NCBI GenBank assembly: GCA_001782035.1 | Contig: MFNL01000001.1 | Location: 212,648 to 276,647, forward strand | DNA length: 64,000 nucleotides | Reading direction: 5' to 3' | Source: Candidatus Levybacteria bacterium RIFCSPHIGHO2_01_FULL_37_17 | GTDB lineage: Bacteria; Patescibacteriota; Microgenomatia; Levybacterales; UBA12049 | In this document: piece after piece, positions 53,389 through 62,074 of the stretch | Layout of the letters: each line of letters opens with the position of its first letter | Position numbering within the stretch: position 1 is the first letter of the stretch | The notes under the pieces: model-generated | Databases searched by the model: none | Told to the model about the DNA's origin: nothing | The model's input: only the letters and a program-made list of their open reading frames with translations | Made by a program: the position numbers and the translations under genes

Positions 53389-54146
53389 TGATAAAGCTCG
53401 ATGGAGTATCTAAAAAATTTGCTACAGGTACATTTGGACTTTCCGAAATAAATCTTGCAATTGATAAAGGAGAGTTTGTATTTTTAGTAGGAGCAACCGG
53501 ATCTGGAAAAACAACGCTTTTTAGAATTCTAATTAGGGACTTAGTTCCATCAGAAGGAAAGGTTAGAGTAGGCGATTTAGACGTTTCAACTCTTCCAAAA
53601 TCTAAGCTTACAACACTTAGGAAAATGATAGGCGTGGTGTTCCAAGACCTTAAATTATTAAACGATAGAACAATATTTGAAAACGTTGTACTTCCACTGG
53701 ATGTTTCAGGAGAAACGGGACTTGGCGCAGCAGAAAAAGTTGAAAAGATTTTGAGAAAAGTTGGCATTTTTGAGCACAAAGATAAATTTCCAGTTCAATT
53801 GTCTGGAGGAGAACTTCAAAGGACCGCAATCGCAAGAGCCTTAGTTTTATCGCCTCAGATTATTCTTGCAGATGAACCAACTGGAAATTTAGATGCCGCG
53901 ACCTCATGGGAAATAGTAAAAATTCTTTCCGACATCAATAAGGAAGGGACAACAGTTATTATGGCAACCCATAATACTGATATTGTCAAAAGCATGGATA
54001 TGCGCACAATTCATATTGATAGAGGCAAAATTGTAAAAGATGAAAATATAAAACATGTAGTCATAAAAGAAAAAGAGAAAGATGAGAAAGGTGAAAATAA
54101 AGACGACAAGGAAGTTAAAGAAAAAGGGGAAGGAAAGAAAGAATGA
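53388..54146 (+). CDS. ftsE: cell division ATP-binding protein FtsE with a Lys/Glu-rich C-terminal tail
   Basis: Walker A GATGSGKTT, the ABC signature LSGGELQR and Walker B ILADEPTGNLD are present. Confidence 0.85.
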   Translation: MIKLDGVSKKFATGTFGLSEINLAIDKGEFVFLVGATGSGKTTLFRILIRDLVPSEGKVRVGDLDVSTLPKSKLTTLRKMIGVVFQDLKLLNDRTIFENVVLPLDVSGETGLGAAEKVEKILRKVGIFEHKDKFPVQLSGGELQRTAIARALVLSPQIILADEPTGNLDAATSWEIVKILSDINKEGTTVIMATHNTDIVKSMDMRTIHIDRGKIVKDENIKHVVIKEKEKDEKGENKDDKEVKEKGEGKKE

Positions 54147-55012
54147 AATTTTTTAGTACTGCTTGGAGAAATATAAGAAGGTCGCCCTATCAGGCGCTTT
54201 CTGCAGTACTTATAATGTCACTGACGTTTTTAGTTATTTCATTTTTTGTTTTTCTTTTAGTCGGATCGTCCAAGATAATAAACTTTTTTGAATCTAAGCC
54301 TCAGGTTACAGCATTTTTCAAAAATGACGCGACACAGCAGCAAATAAATGGTTTGCAAAATGAATTGTCTACAAGCGGAGAAATAGCATCTATAAAGTTT
54401 GTTTCAAAAGATGAGGCGCTAAAAATTTATAAAGAACAAAATAAAGACGACCCTTTACTTTTGGACTTGGTTACAGCAGATGTTTTGCCGGCTTCGTTTG
54501 AAATCTCCGCCGTAAAAATTGAAGATTTGGCAGGGATTTCCGAGACCCTCAAAAAAAGTCCAATTGTATCTGAAGTTATATATCAAAGAGACGTAGTGTC
54601 CGCATTAACTTCATGGACAAATGCAATAAGACAAATTGGGCTTGCACTAATCATACTGCTTTCCGCAGTATCTGTTTTTATTATGGTGACAATAATTGGT
54701 GTTAAAATATCGCGTAAAAAGCCAGATATTGAAATAATGAAATTAATAGGTGCAACAAGTTGGTATATAAGATGGCCTTTTATAATAGAAGGAGTTACCT
54801 ATGGAGCAATTGGGGCTATTATTGGTTGGACAATTTCAGTTGGTGTGCTTTTATACACAACTCCTTTTTTAGAGTCTTTTCTAAAAGGGATTCCGGTTCT
54901 TCCAGTTTCTCTTCTTTCATTGCTAGGGTTACTAGCATTTGAACTGCTTCTTGCTAGTCTCTTGGGGATACTCTCAAGTTATTTGGCAGTACTTCGCTAT
55001 CTTAAAACATAA
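54143..55012 (+). CDS. ftsX: cell division permease FtsX
   Basis: The product has four TM segments and a periplasmic domain, and overlaps the ftsE stop. Confidence 0.8.
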   Translation: MKFFSTAWRNIRRSPYQALSAVLIMSLTFLVISFFVFLLVGSSKIINFFESKPQVTAFFKNDATQQQINGLQNELSTSGEIASIKFVSKDEALKIYKEQNKDDPLLLDLVTADVLPASFEISAVKIEDLAGISETLKKSPIVSEVIYQRDVVSALTSWTNAIRQIGLALIILLSAVSVFIMVTIIGVKISRKKPDIEIMKLIGATSWYIRWPFIIEGVTYGAIGAIIGWTISVGVLLYTTPFLESFLKGIPVLPVSLLSLLGLLAFELLLASLLGILSSYLAVLRYLKT

Positions 55013-56203
55013 ATGTTTTTTAAAAAATTCTTTGCCATTTTCTTTGTTTTATTATCGGGCATTTTATTTTTTTTATTTAGCTTAACTTCAAATGCCCAAA
55101 CTTCTACATTGCCAGAGTGTAAGGAGAAAGGACTTACGCCTCAAGAGTGCATTGACTATTTCTCAAACAAGATAAGCGAATTAAGAAGTCAAGAGACCAC
55201 ATTGTCAAATCAGATCGCAATTATGAATAATCAGATAAAACTAACAGAATACCGTATTGAAGCAACAGAAGAAGAAATAACGAATTTAACGCTAGACATA
55301 GATACTGCGTCTAAAAAAATAGGCGGACTTGAAAAGTCCTTAAACGAACTCATAGTAGTCTTGATGAATAGAGTTGTAGCAACGTATGAAATTGGTACTA
55401 TTCAGCCTTTGCAAATTCTTCTTACCTCAACTGACGCATCTGACTTTCTCTCGAGACTGAATTATTTAAAAAGAGCACAAGCTCACGACAAAAGACTTAT
55501 TTATGAAACCCAACAAGCAAAAATAGACTATACAAATCAGAAAGAAATATATGAGGATAAAAAGAAAAAAGTTGAGCAATTAAAAACACAACTTGTTACG
55601 TATAGCTCGCAACTTGATAAAGAAAAGCAGGCTAAACAGATCTTATTAAATGAAACGAGAGGAAATGAGGCAAGCTATCAAAGGCTCTTGGCACAAGCAA
55701 GAGCTGAGTTTCTAGCTATTCAAGGAATTATTGCTGGTAAAGGAACAGAAGAGGAAGTTCGCGAGGTCAAGAAAGGAGACGTGGTTGCGTCTATAATTCC
55801 TTCAGCCTCTTGCAACTCTTCCGGTCCGCATCTTCATTTTACAGTTCTTGAAGGTAGTAACGCTGTTAATCCATTTAGCAAGTTAAAAGACGTAGCATAT
55901 ACAGATAGATCTGGGGGCGACTCTTGGTCTCCATCCGGAAGTTGGGATTGGCCTTTATCTCCTCCTATACAATTTAATCAAGGTTACGGAGTTACTACAT
56001 GCGTCAAGTCAGGATTCTGTGGCAATATTTACAATTCACATAACGGGCTTGATATCTCAAGCTCATCCTACACAGTTTACGCTGTCGCTGATGGGGTAAT
56101 GTATAGGGGGAGCTACTCTGTTGGGTGCGCTCTTCCTTATGTAAGAGTAAAACATAAAGATTCAAACATCGATACTCTTTATCTTCACACGTATTCAAAC
56201 TGA
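55013..56203 (+). CDS. FtsEX-associated coiled-coil M23/LytM-family peptidase (EnvC/PcsB-like) with an apparently permuted catalytic domain
   Basis: A signal peptide and long coiled coil are followed by M23 C-terminal-half motifs (..VKKGDVVASI..SGPHLHFTVLEGSNAVNPF). These are followed, not preceded, by M23 N-terminal-half motifs (..HNGLDIS...YTVYAVADGVMY..VRVKH.D...TLYLH). Confidence 0.6.
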   Translation: MFFKKFFAIFFVLLSGILFFLFSLTSNAQTSTLPECKEKGLTPQECIDYFSNKISELRSQETTLSNQIAIMNNQIKLTEYRIEATEEEITNLTLDIDTASKKIGGLEKSLNELIVVLMNRVVATYEIGTIQPLQILLTSTDASDFLSRLNYLKRAQAHDKRLIYETQQAKIDYTNQKEIYEDKKKKVEQLKTQLVTYSSQLDKEKQAKQILLNETRGNEASYQRLLAQARAEFLAIQGIIAGKGTEEEVREVKKGDVVASIIPSASCNSSGPHLHFTVLEGSNAVNPFSKLKDVAYTDRSGGDSWSPSGSWDWPLSPPIQFNQGYGVTTCVKSGFCGNIYNSHNGLDISSSSYTVYAVADGVMYRGSYSVGCALPYVRVKHKDSNIDTLYLHTYSN

Positions 56204-56253
56204 CAGATAATTGTAATAAGTGAAAAATCAACTAGCTTATCAATAAATTTTAA

Positions 56254-57075
56254 ATGAAAGCTCTATTTATAGGAGCAGTATTTACCTTTCTATTTTATTT
56301 TTTTACCGCTTCTTCTTTTGCTGCAACATTATCTATAGATAATCCACCTTCCACGATTGATGAATCACAGGAATTTGACAGCAGCGTTAATTTTATATGT
56401 TCTGGGTGTAGTGATTCATATATTAGGGGAGTTTTTTATCCAAGCGGAAGCAGTTATTTTGGATACACACAAGATAATAGCGGAAATTGGAGTAACGCGT
56501 CTGGAAGCAATTGCACATCATTTTATAAGATTTCTCAAGCTGAATTACAGAGTGGAAGTTGGAGTGGAACTTTGAAGTTTAAACCAGATCCTGAAAGTTC
56601 ATACTATAATGGACCAGGAGAATATTCTTTTAAAATAGGAAGATACACCTCAAGTTGTAGTTCATCTTCTGTTACTTGGTCTGACGAGAAAACGATTGCT
56701 ATATCGGGCCCAACGCCGACACCTACCAATTCACCGACCCCAACTTCTGAGCTAACTGTAACTAATACTCCCACTTCAACAAAGACTCCAACTCCAACCA
56801 AAACACCTACGCCTACTAAATCTCCAACCCCCACCAAGAAACCAAGTCCAACAAGCTCAAGTGAGCAAAATATTCTTGGTACATCTTCAGAAACGAGCAA
56901 TGCTCCTACAAAATCAGAGGTTAAAATAGCTTCGGCAAGCGGAGCGGATTTAGCGGGGGGCATTTTCATTGGGGCGGGAATTGTTTTTGCATTTCTTTGT
57001 GGTATAGTTATTTTCTGGCCAAAAATAAAAACTTATATTGACAAAAATGGACAAGATAGTAACTCAGACAGTTGA
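56254..57075 (+). CDS. cell-surface protein with a Pro/Thr-rich repeat linker and a C-terminal TM anchor
   Basis: A signal peptide, a Cys-containing globular domain, (PTPTK)n repeats and a C-terminal hydrophobic helix plus charged tail are present. Confidence 0.4.
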   Translation: MKALFIGAVFTFLFYFFTASSFAATLSIDNPPSTIDESQEFDSSVNFICSGCSDSYIRGVFYPSGSSYFGYTQDNSGNWSNASGSNCTSFYKISQAELQSGSWSGTLKFKPDPESSYYNGPGEYSFKIGRYTSSCSSSSVTWSDEKTIAISGPTPTPTNSPTPTSELTVTNTPTSTKTPTPTKTPTPTKSPTPTKKPSPTSSSEQNILGTSSETSNAPTKSEVKIASASGADLAGGIFIGAGIVFAFLCGIVIFWPKIKTYIDKNGQDSNSDS

Positions 57076-57472
57076 ACAAACAAAAGAACTTGGGAAGGAA
57101 TTAGCAAAAACATTAAAAAAAGGCGATATCATATGTCTGTATGGTAATCTTGGAAGCGGGAAAACCTCTTTTGCCCAGGGCTTAGCAGAGGGCTTAGGGA
57201 TTGAAAGAAGGATAATCTCTCCGACTTTTATAATTATTAGAAGCTACAAAACAAAAAACGTCAAATTTTACCATATAGATTTATATAGAACATCAACCAA
57301 AAATGATTTGATTTCACTAGGTATTGACCAACTTTTAAAAAGTAGCGATGCAATTTTAACAATTGAATGGGCTGAGAAACTTAATAAATTCTTGCCAAAA
57401 AAAAGAATTGATCTACACTTTAAACAGACAGATGATAATAGCCGGGAAATAACTAAAAATAAATATGACTAG
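57038..57472 (+). CDS. tsaE: tRNA threonylcarbamoyladenosine biosynthesis protein TsaE (YjeE)
   Basis: The P-loop reads ..ICLYGNLGSGKTSFAQG.. and ..SPTF.I...Y.. is present. Confidence 0.75.
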   Translation: MTKMDKIVTQTVEQTKELGKELAKTLKKGDIICLYGNLGSGKTSFAQGLAEGLGIERRIISPTFIIIRSYKTKNVKFYHIDLYRTSTKNDLISLGIDQLLKSSDAILTIEWAEKLNKFLPKKRIDLHFKQTDDNSREITKNKYD

Positions 57473-58364
57473 CCAGGTTGATAAAGCTGTTTCTGTTTTA
57501 AATAAGGGTGGAATAATAATTTTTCCAACCGACACTGCATTTGGAATAGGATGCAGGATTGACAAGGCAGAGTCAGTTGAAAGACTTTTTGAGATTAGAA
57601 AAAGGCCAAAAAATCAAGCGACCCCCGTACTTGTATCATCCATTGTAATGGCGAGAAATTACTTTTTAGAGATTCCTAAAGAGGTTGAACACAAGTTAGT
57701 GGAAAAATATTGGCCCGGTGCACTTACAATTGTTCTTCCTGCAAAAACTAAGAAAGTGCCCGAGCTTGTTCGAGGCATGCAGAAGAGTGTTGGAATCAGG
57801 GTACCGAATAATCCAACAATTCTTGAAATAATAAAAAAGACAGGAGTACCCATCCTTGGTCCCTCGGCAAACATGCACGGGGAAAATACTCCATTTAAGC
57901 TAGAAGATTTAGATAAAGAGTTAGTAAGTAAGGTGGATTTTGTTGTTAAAGGTGAAGTGGCACTCAAAAATATTTCAACAGTGATAGATTGTTCGGTAAA
58001 GCCTTGGAAAATATTGAGGCAAGGCGCGATAAAAATTTCTGACACTGTAAAAAATATTCTTTTTATTGATACTTCTGATAACCAAAAAATCGAATTAGGA
58101 TTAGTAATTGAAGCTAAAAAATATAAAGAGATTGTTTCACTGACAGCTTTAAAAAGAGAGATAGTATTAAATCTAATTGATAAGATTATTGCAAAGCACA
58201 ACTTAAATTTAAAAGAAATAACAGAAATAAAGGTAAATAATGGCCCTGGTTCTTTTACGGGTCTTAGGGCGGGAATTTCTATTGCAAATGCTTTAGCAAG
58301 TATTTTAAATATACCTATAAATGGTAAAAAGATTGGAGATTTGGAAAATGCCGTATATAATTAA
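57465..58364 (+). CDS. fusion protein: TsaC/Sua5/YrdC domain (N-terminal) + TsaB/YeaZ-like domain (C-terminal)
   Basis: The N-terminus has ..VLNKGGIIIFPTDTAFGIGC.., ..YWPGALTIVL.. and ..GIRVPN.. (YrdC). The C-terminus has ..LFIDTSDNQKIELGLV.. and ..GPGSFTGLRAGISIANALA.. (TsaB). Confidence 0.65.
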   Translation: MTSQVDKAVSVLNKGGIIIFPTDTAFGIGCRIDKAESVERLFEIRKRPKNQATPVLVSSIVMARNYFLEIPKEVEHKLVEKYWPGALTIVLPAKTKKVPELVRGMQKSVGIRVPNNPTILEIIKKTGVPILGPSANMHGENTPFKLEDLDKELVSKVDFVVKGEVALKNISTVIDCSVKPWKILRQGAIKISDTVKNILFIDTSDNQKIELGLVIEAKKYKEIVSLTALKREIVLNLIDKIIAKHNLNLKEITEIKVNNGPGSFTGLRAGISIANALASILNIPINGKKIGDLENAVYN

Positions 58365-58367
58365 ATT

Positions 58368-59309
58368 ATGCTTAAATTGTTGCGTCATATATTAACACCA
58401 CAAGCAACTAATAATTACAGAGCAAGAATTCTGCATCCTCAGTTTCTAATCTTAGCTATCCTCTTGTTTTTTGCATCCGGGATTCTTATGTCCTTTGTTA
58501 GAACAAATTTCCCTTCCGTTTTGGGCATAACATCGAATGTTTCAACCAACGAGTTACTAGTTCTTACAAATCAAAAGCGCCTAGAGGTAGGTTTGTCCCC
58601 CTTAACGATGAACTCCCAGCTTGAGGTGGCAGCACAGAATAAAGCAAATGATATGCTTGCAAAAAACTACTGGTCACACATTGCTCCTGATGGCACTACC
58701 CCTTGGTACTTTATAAAAAATTCTGGATATAGCTATATTTATGCAGGAGAAAACCTGGCACGAGGTTACAATAGTGCAAACGATGTTTTAAATGCATGGC
58801 TTGCAAGCCCGACACATAGAGATAACATCTTATCCAATAAATATCAAAACATTGGCTTTGCTGTTGTAACAGGAAATTTAACCGGTGAAGAAACGGTGCT
58901 GGTAGTGGAAATGTTTGGGAGTACAGGAGCGCCTGCTATAAATAAAGTTGCGTTGCAAACAGCTCAAAACATAAGTCCAACACCCGTAGTTGTAGCTCAA
59001 GAAGCAATTTCTCAACCCAGCCCAACCTTAACCTATACTCCAACCCCAACCCCGTTGCCTTTGGTAACAACTACAGGTAGTCAACTTTCAGCTAATTCAC
59101 AGATAAAGCCTCTTATTAATTCACAAACCTTCTCATCTAATATAGCAACATTAACAGTCGCCTTGTTCATGTTCGTTTTGATCTTGGATGTAGTAATTAT
59201 AGAAAGAAAAAAGATTTTAAGATTTGTGGGACACAATCTCGACCATTTTATATTCTTCGGCATGATTTTAGCAGTTATTTTATTTTTACTTAAAGGAAGT
59301 ATAATTTGA
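58368..59309 (+). CDS. CAP (SCP/PR-1-like, YkwD-type) domain protein with N- and C-terminal TM segments
   Basis: The CAP motifs ..LTNQKRLEVGLSPLTMNSQL..A.., ..YWSHI.. and ..GENLA.GY.. are present, along with a PT-rich linker. Confidence 0.6.
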   Translation: MLKLLRHILTPQATNNYRARILHPQFLILAILLFFASGILMSFVRTNFPSVLGITSNVSTNELLVLTNQKRLEVGLSPLTMNSQLEVAAQNKANDMLAKNYWSHIAPDGTTPWYFIKNSGYSYIYAGENLARGYNSANDVLNAWLASPTHRDNILSNKYQNIGFAVVTGNLTGEETVLVVEMFGSTGAPAINKVALQTAQNISPTPVVVAQEAISQPSPTLTYTPTPTPLPLVTTTGSQLSANSQIKPLINSQTFSSNIATLTVALFMFVLILDVVIIERKKILRFVGHNLDHFIFFGMILAVILFLLKGSII

Positions 59310-59310
59310 T

Positions 59311-59577
59311 ATGAAAAAGTTCTTAAAACATTTTGGATATTATTCTTCAATGATTCTAATCTTTACCTTGGGCTTTCTGGCATCCACAGTATCTTATCCT
59401 AACTTACCGTTAGTTTTTACAGTCCTAATACTTACTGTTGTATTTTATGTAATTTGGGGAATAGCGCATCACAAGATAAATCATGATTTAAGCACCAAAA
59501 TTCTTCTTGAGTATCTACTAATAGGATTTTTAGGCATTTCTATAATCTTCTTCATAATTGTTGGGGGAAAAGTATGA
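59311..59577 (+). CDS. small hydrophobic membrane protein (88 aa, 2-3 TM)
   Basis: The gene is coupled to the downstream GT2 genes. It may be a GtrA-like flippase accessory protein, but this is unproven. Confidence 0.3.
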   Translation: MKKFLKHFGYYSSMILIFTLGFLASTVSYPNLPLVFTVLILTVVFYVIWGIAHHKINHDLSTKILLEYLLIGFLGISIIFFIIVGGKV

Positions 59578-60461
59578 TGCTTATTTCAGTAATACTTCTA
59601 AATTACAATAAGCCGAATTTGACCTTGGCTTGTATGAGTTCCTTAAAAACAAACTTTAGCAAAGAACTTTTGGAAAATAGTATGGAAATTATTATTGTAG
59701 ATAACGCATCAAGTGACAATTCTGTAGAAATATTAAAAAAAGAAATTAAGATTAAAAATTATTTAAGCGTTCATCTCATAAGTAGTGATAAGAATAATGG
59801 ATTTGGAAAGGGGTGTAATATTGCAGCAGAAACAGCAAAAGGGAAGTATTTATTATTTTTAAATAACGACACGATTGTAAAAGATAAAGGTATTTTAGAC
59901 ATGGCCAAATTTCTTGACAAAAACAAACTTGTTTCAATACTTGGCGGCCAATTGAAAAATCCGGACGGAAGTAGGCAGACAAGCGTAGGCAGTTTTTACA
60001 CTCTTGGTAAAGCAATACTTCTTCTGTTAGGCTTTCAAAGATTTGGAGTATTAGATAGAAGTCCGAATAACATTACAAAAGTTGATTGGGTAAAGGGCGG
60101 ACTTTTTATGATAAGAAGTGAAGCCTTTAACAGATTAGGCGGGTTTGATGAGAAAATTTTTATGTACACCGAGGATATGGAATTATGCTATAGAGCTAAA
60201 AAAATGGGATTTCAGATCTATTTTTACCCAGATATTGAAGTTGTACATAAGGAACACGGGAGCACTAACAGAACTTTTGCAATAGTTAACATATATAAAA
60301 ATCTTTTATATTTCTATAAAAAACACAGAACCTATTTGGAATATTTTGTATTAAAACTCATTCTTGTTACGAAAGCTCTTGTCCTTATTTTTCTGGGAGC
60401 ACTTATTGGCAGCAACTATCTAAAATCTACTTATAAACAAGCTTTACAAAATATAGAATGA
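59574..60461 (+). CDS. family-2 glycosyltransferase
   Basis: The sequence ..ISVILLNYN... and the D.D/DxD elements (VDNASSD, NNDT) are typical of GT2. Confidence 0.75.
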   Translation: MMLISVILLNYNKPNLTLACMSSLKTNFSKELLENSMEIIIVDNASSDNSVEILKKEIKIKNYLSVHLISSDKNNGFGKGCNIAAETAKGKYLLFLNNDTIVKDKGILDMAKFLDKNKLVSILGGQLKNPDGSRQTSVGSFYTLGKAILLLLGFQRFGVLDRSPNNITKVDWVKGGLFMIRSEAFNRLGGFDEKIFMYTEDMELCYRAKKMGFQIYFYPDIEVVHKEHGSTNRTFAIVNIYKNLLYFYKKHRTYLEYFVLKLILVTKALVLIFLGALIGSNYLKSTYKQALQNIE

Positions 60462-61393
60462 CAAAAACGGTACTTTCAATAATAATTCTTACCTATAACA
60501 CAAAAGATATTACCATAGATGCTGTGCGCTCTATTGAGGAAAATTATGAGAGGGAAATAAAAAATGGATATTTTCAAATTATAGTTTGCGATAACTCATC
60601 AACCGATGGGACTCTTAAGGCTTTCAATGAGTATAAAAAATCATCGAGTATAAAATTATTTCATATAGTCGATAACGGGGCAAATCTAGGATTTTCTGCC
60701 GGCAACAACAAAGGCCTACCTTACGTTAAGGGAAGCCATGTTTTATTTCTAAATCCGGATACTATTGTTTACAAAAAGACCCTGACTTATATGGTTGATT
60801 TTATGGAGAAAAATCCAAGCGTTGGGGCATCAACTTGTAAATTAGTAAACAAAGACGGTCTGGTTGATTTTAATTGTCACAGGGGTTTTCCAACTCCCTG
60901 GAATGCCTTTTGCTATTTTACAGGCCTTCAGAGACTTTTTCCCAAAAGCAGATTGTTTGCCGGATATACGCAGGGATGGAAGGATTTAAATACAACTCAT
61001 GAAGTCGATGCAATTGAAGGAGCTTTTATGTTAATTCCTAAAAAAGTAGGAGAAAAGGTAGACTGGTGGGATGAGGATTATTTTTTTTACGGAGAGGACT
61101 TGCAGTTTTGTTATAACATAAAAAAAGTCGGGCTTCCTATTTATTACGTCGGAGAAGTAAGCATTATGCATATTGGAGGTGCAGCAAGTGGAATAAAGAA
61201 GCAGTCGCAAGGTATTACAACAGCTAATATTGAAACCAAAAAAAAATTACAACAAGCAAGGTTTAATGCAATGAGAATTTTTTACAAAAAAAATTATAAG
61301 AACAAATATCCATTTTTTATTTATTACTTAATTTTGCTAGGAGTAAATTTGCTCGAGAAAAAAACTCTTAGATCTATAAGAGTTTCTTCATGA
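60458..61393 (+). CDS. family-2 glycosyltransferase
   Basis: The sequence ..LSIIILTYNTKD.., CDNSSTDGT and LNPDT are typical of GT2. Confidence 0.75.
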   Translation: MTKTVLSIIILTYNTKDITIDAVRSIEENYEREIKNGYFQIIVCDNSSTDGTLKAFNEYKKSSSIKLFHIVDNGANLGFSAGNNKGLPYVKGSHVLFLNPDTIVYKKTLTYMVDFMEKNPSVGASTCKLVNKDGLVDFNCHRGFPTPWNAFCYFTGLQRLFPKSRLFAGYTQGWKDLNTTHEVDAIEGAFMLIPKKVGEKVDWWDEDYFFYGEDLQFCYNIKKVGLPIYYVGEVSIMHIGGAASGIKKQSQGITTANIETKKKLQQARFNAMRIFYKKNYKNKYPFFIYYLILLGVNLLEKKTLRSIRVSS

Positions 61394-62008
61394 GGAAAGC
61401 CAGGAAAACTTAGAAAAGTCAACCTGGTCGCCAAATTTTTCTTTCAAAGTGGGATAGCTTGCATCTTTTTCGGAAACTATTGGGTTTTCAATCGGCCATC
61501 CTCCAAACTGCTTAGTAAGCATAGGATCATTATAATAAACTGCAGGTGTTTGTTTGCCTTCAAAGTAACTTGTAATAAGATATATATATTCAGCGTCCCC
61601 ACTCCCAACTGCGCACAATGAATTTCCCATCCCAAGAGGTAGATATAGAGTATTAAAATGGTTGTCACCCAGCATTATTTTTACTGCTTTCCCAAAGGTT
61701 TCCGAATCGGTTCTAAAATCAACTATAACTGCCATAACTTCGCCTTTTGCAACGTATACAATTTTTTCCCATGGTTCGGCATGGAAACCTCGTATAACTC
61801 CCGGTTTGGAGCGAGCGTGGTTACTTTGTACAACATTAATTTTTTTGCCCAAAACCTTTTCTAAGTCCCTAAGTTCTACTATTTCATGGAAAAAACCTCG
61901 ATTGTCTTCAAAAATTTCTCTTTTGTAAACTAAAAGTTGTGGTATATCTGTGGTTTCGATCATTTTAGGCCAGAGAGGATCTTTTGGAGACATTATTAAA
62001 TCATACAT
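61388..62008 (-). CDS. rfbC: dTDP-4-dehydrorhamnose 3,5-epimerase (RmlC, cupin)
   Basis: The sequence ..FEDNRGFF.E.., ..QSNHARSKPGVIRGFH.. and ..K.V.V..GEV..V.VD.R match RmlC. The likely start is MYDLIM at 62008, and the ORF-track start at 62152 extends into the divergent promoter region. Confidence 0.75.
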   Translation of the reverse strand: MYDLIMSPKDPLWPKMIETTDIPQLLVYKREIFEDNRGFFHEIVELRDLEKVLGKKINVVQSNHARSKPGVIRGFHAEPWEKIVYVAKGEVMAVIVDFRTDSETFGKAVKIMLGDNHFNTLYLPLGMGNSLCAVGSGDAEYIYLITSYFEGKQTPAVYYNDPMLTKQFGGWPIENPIVSEKDASYPTLKEKFGDQVDFSKFSWLSS

Positions 62009-62074
62009 ATTAAGCCTAATATAGCAGAAAAATATTGTGTAAACAAACAATAGATGGTAAGATAAGTTGGCATT

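Noticed and set aside
53291-53779. 162-aa minus-strand ORF overlapping ftsE
   Set aside because: It is antisense to Walker A/B-containing ftsE and is a shadow ORF.
56700-56860. Possible CRISPR-like repeat array
   Set aside because: The repeats are short (15-18 bp), in-frame, contiguous without spacers and encode the PTPTK linker. They are a coding tandem repeat, not a CRISPR array, and no cas genes are nearby.
56604-56969. 121-aa minus-strand ORF with GVGV/LVGVG repeats
   Set aside because: It is the mirror translation of the PT-repeat coding region of the surface protein and has no start context.
57659-58201. 180-aa minus-strand ORF inside the tsaC-tsaB fusion gene
   Set aside because: It is antisense to a gene with clear YrdC and TsaB motifs, has no motifs of its own, and is hydrophobic low-complexity.
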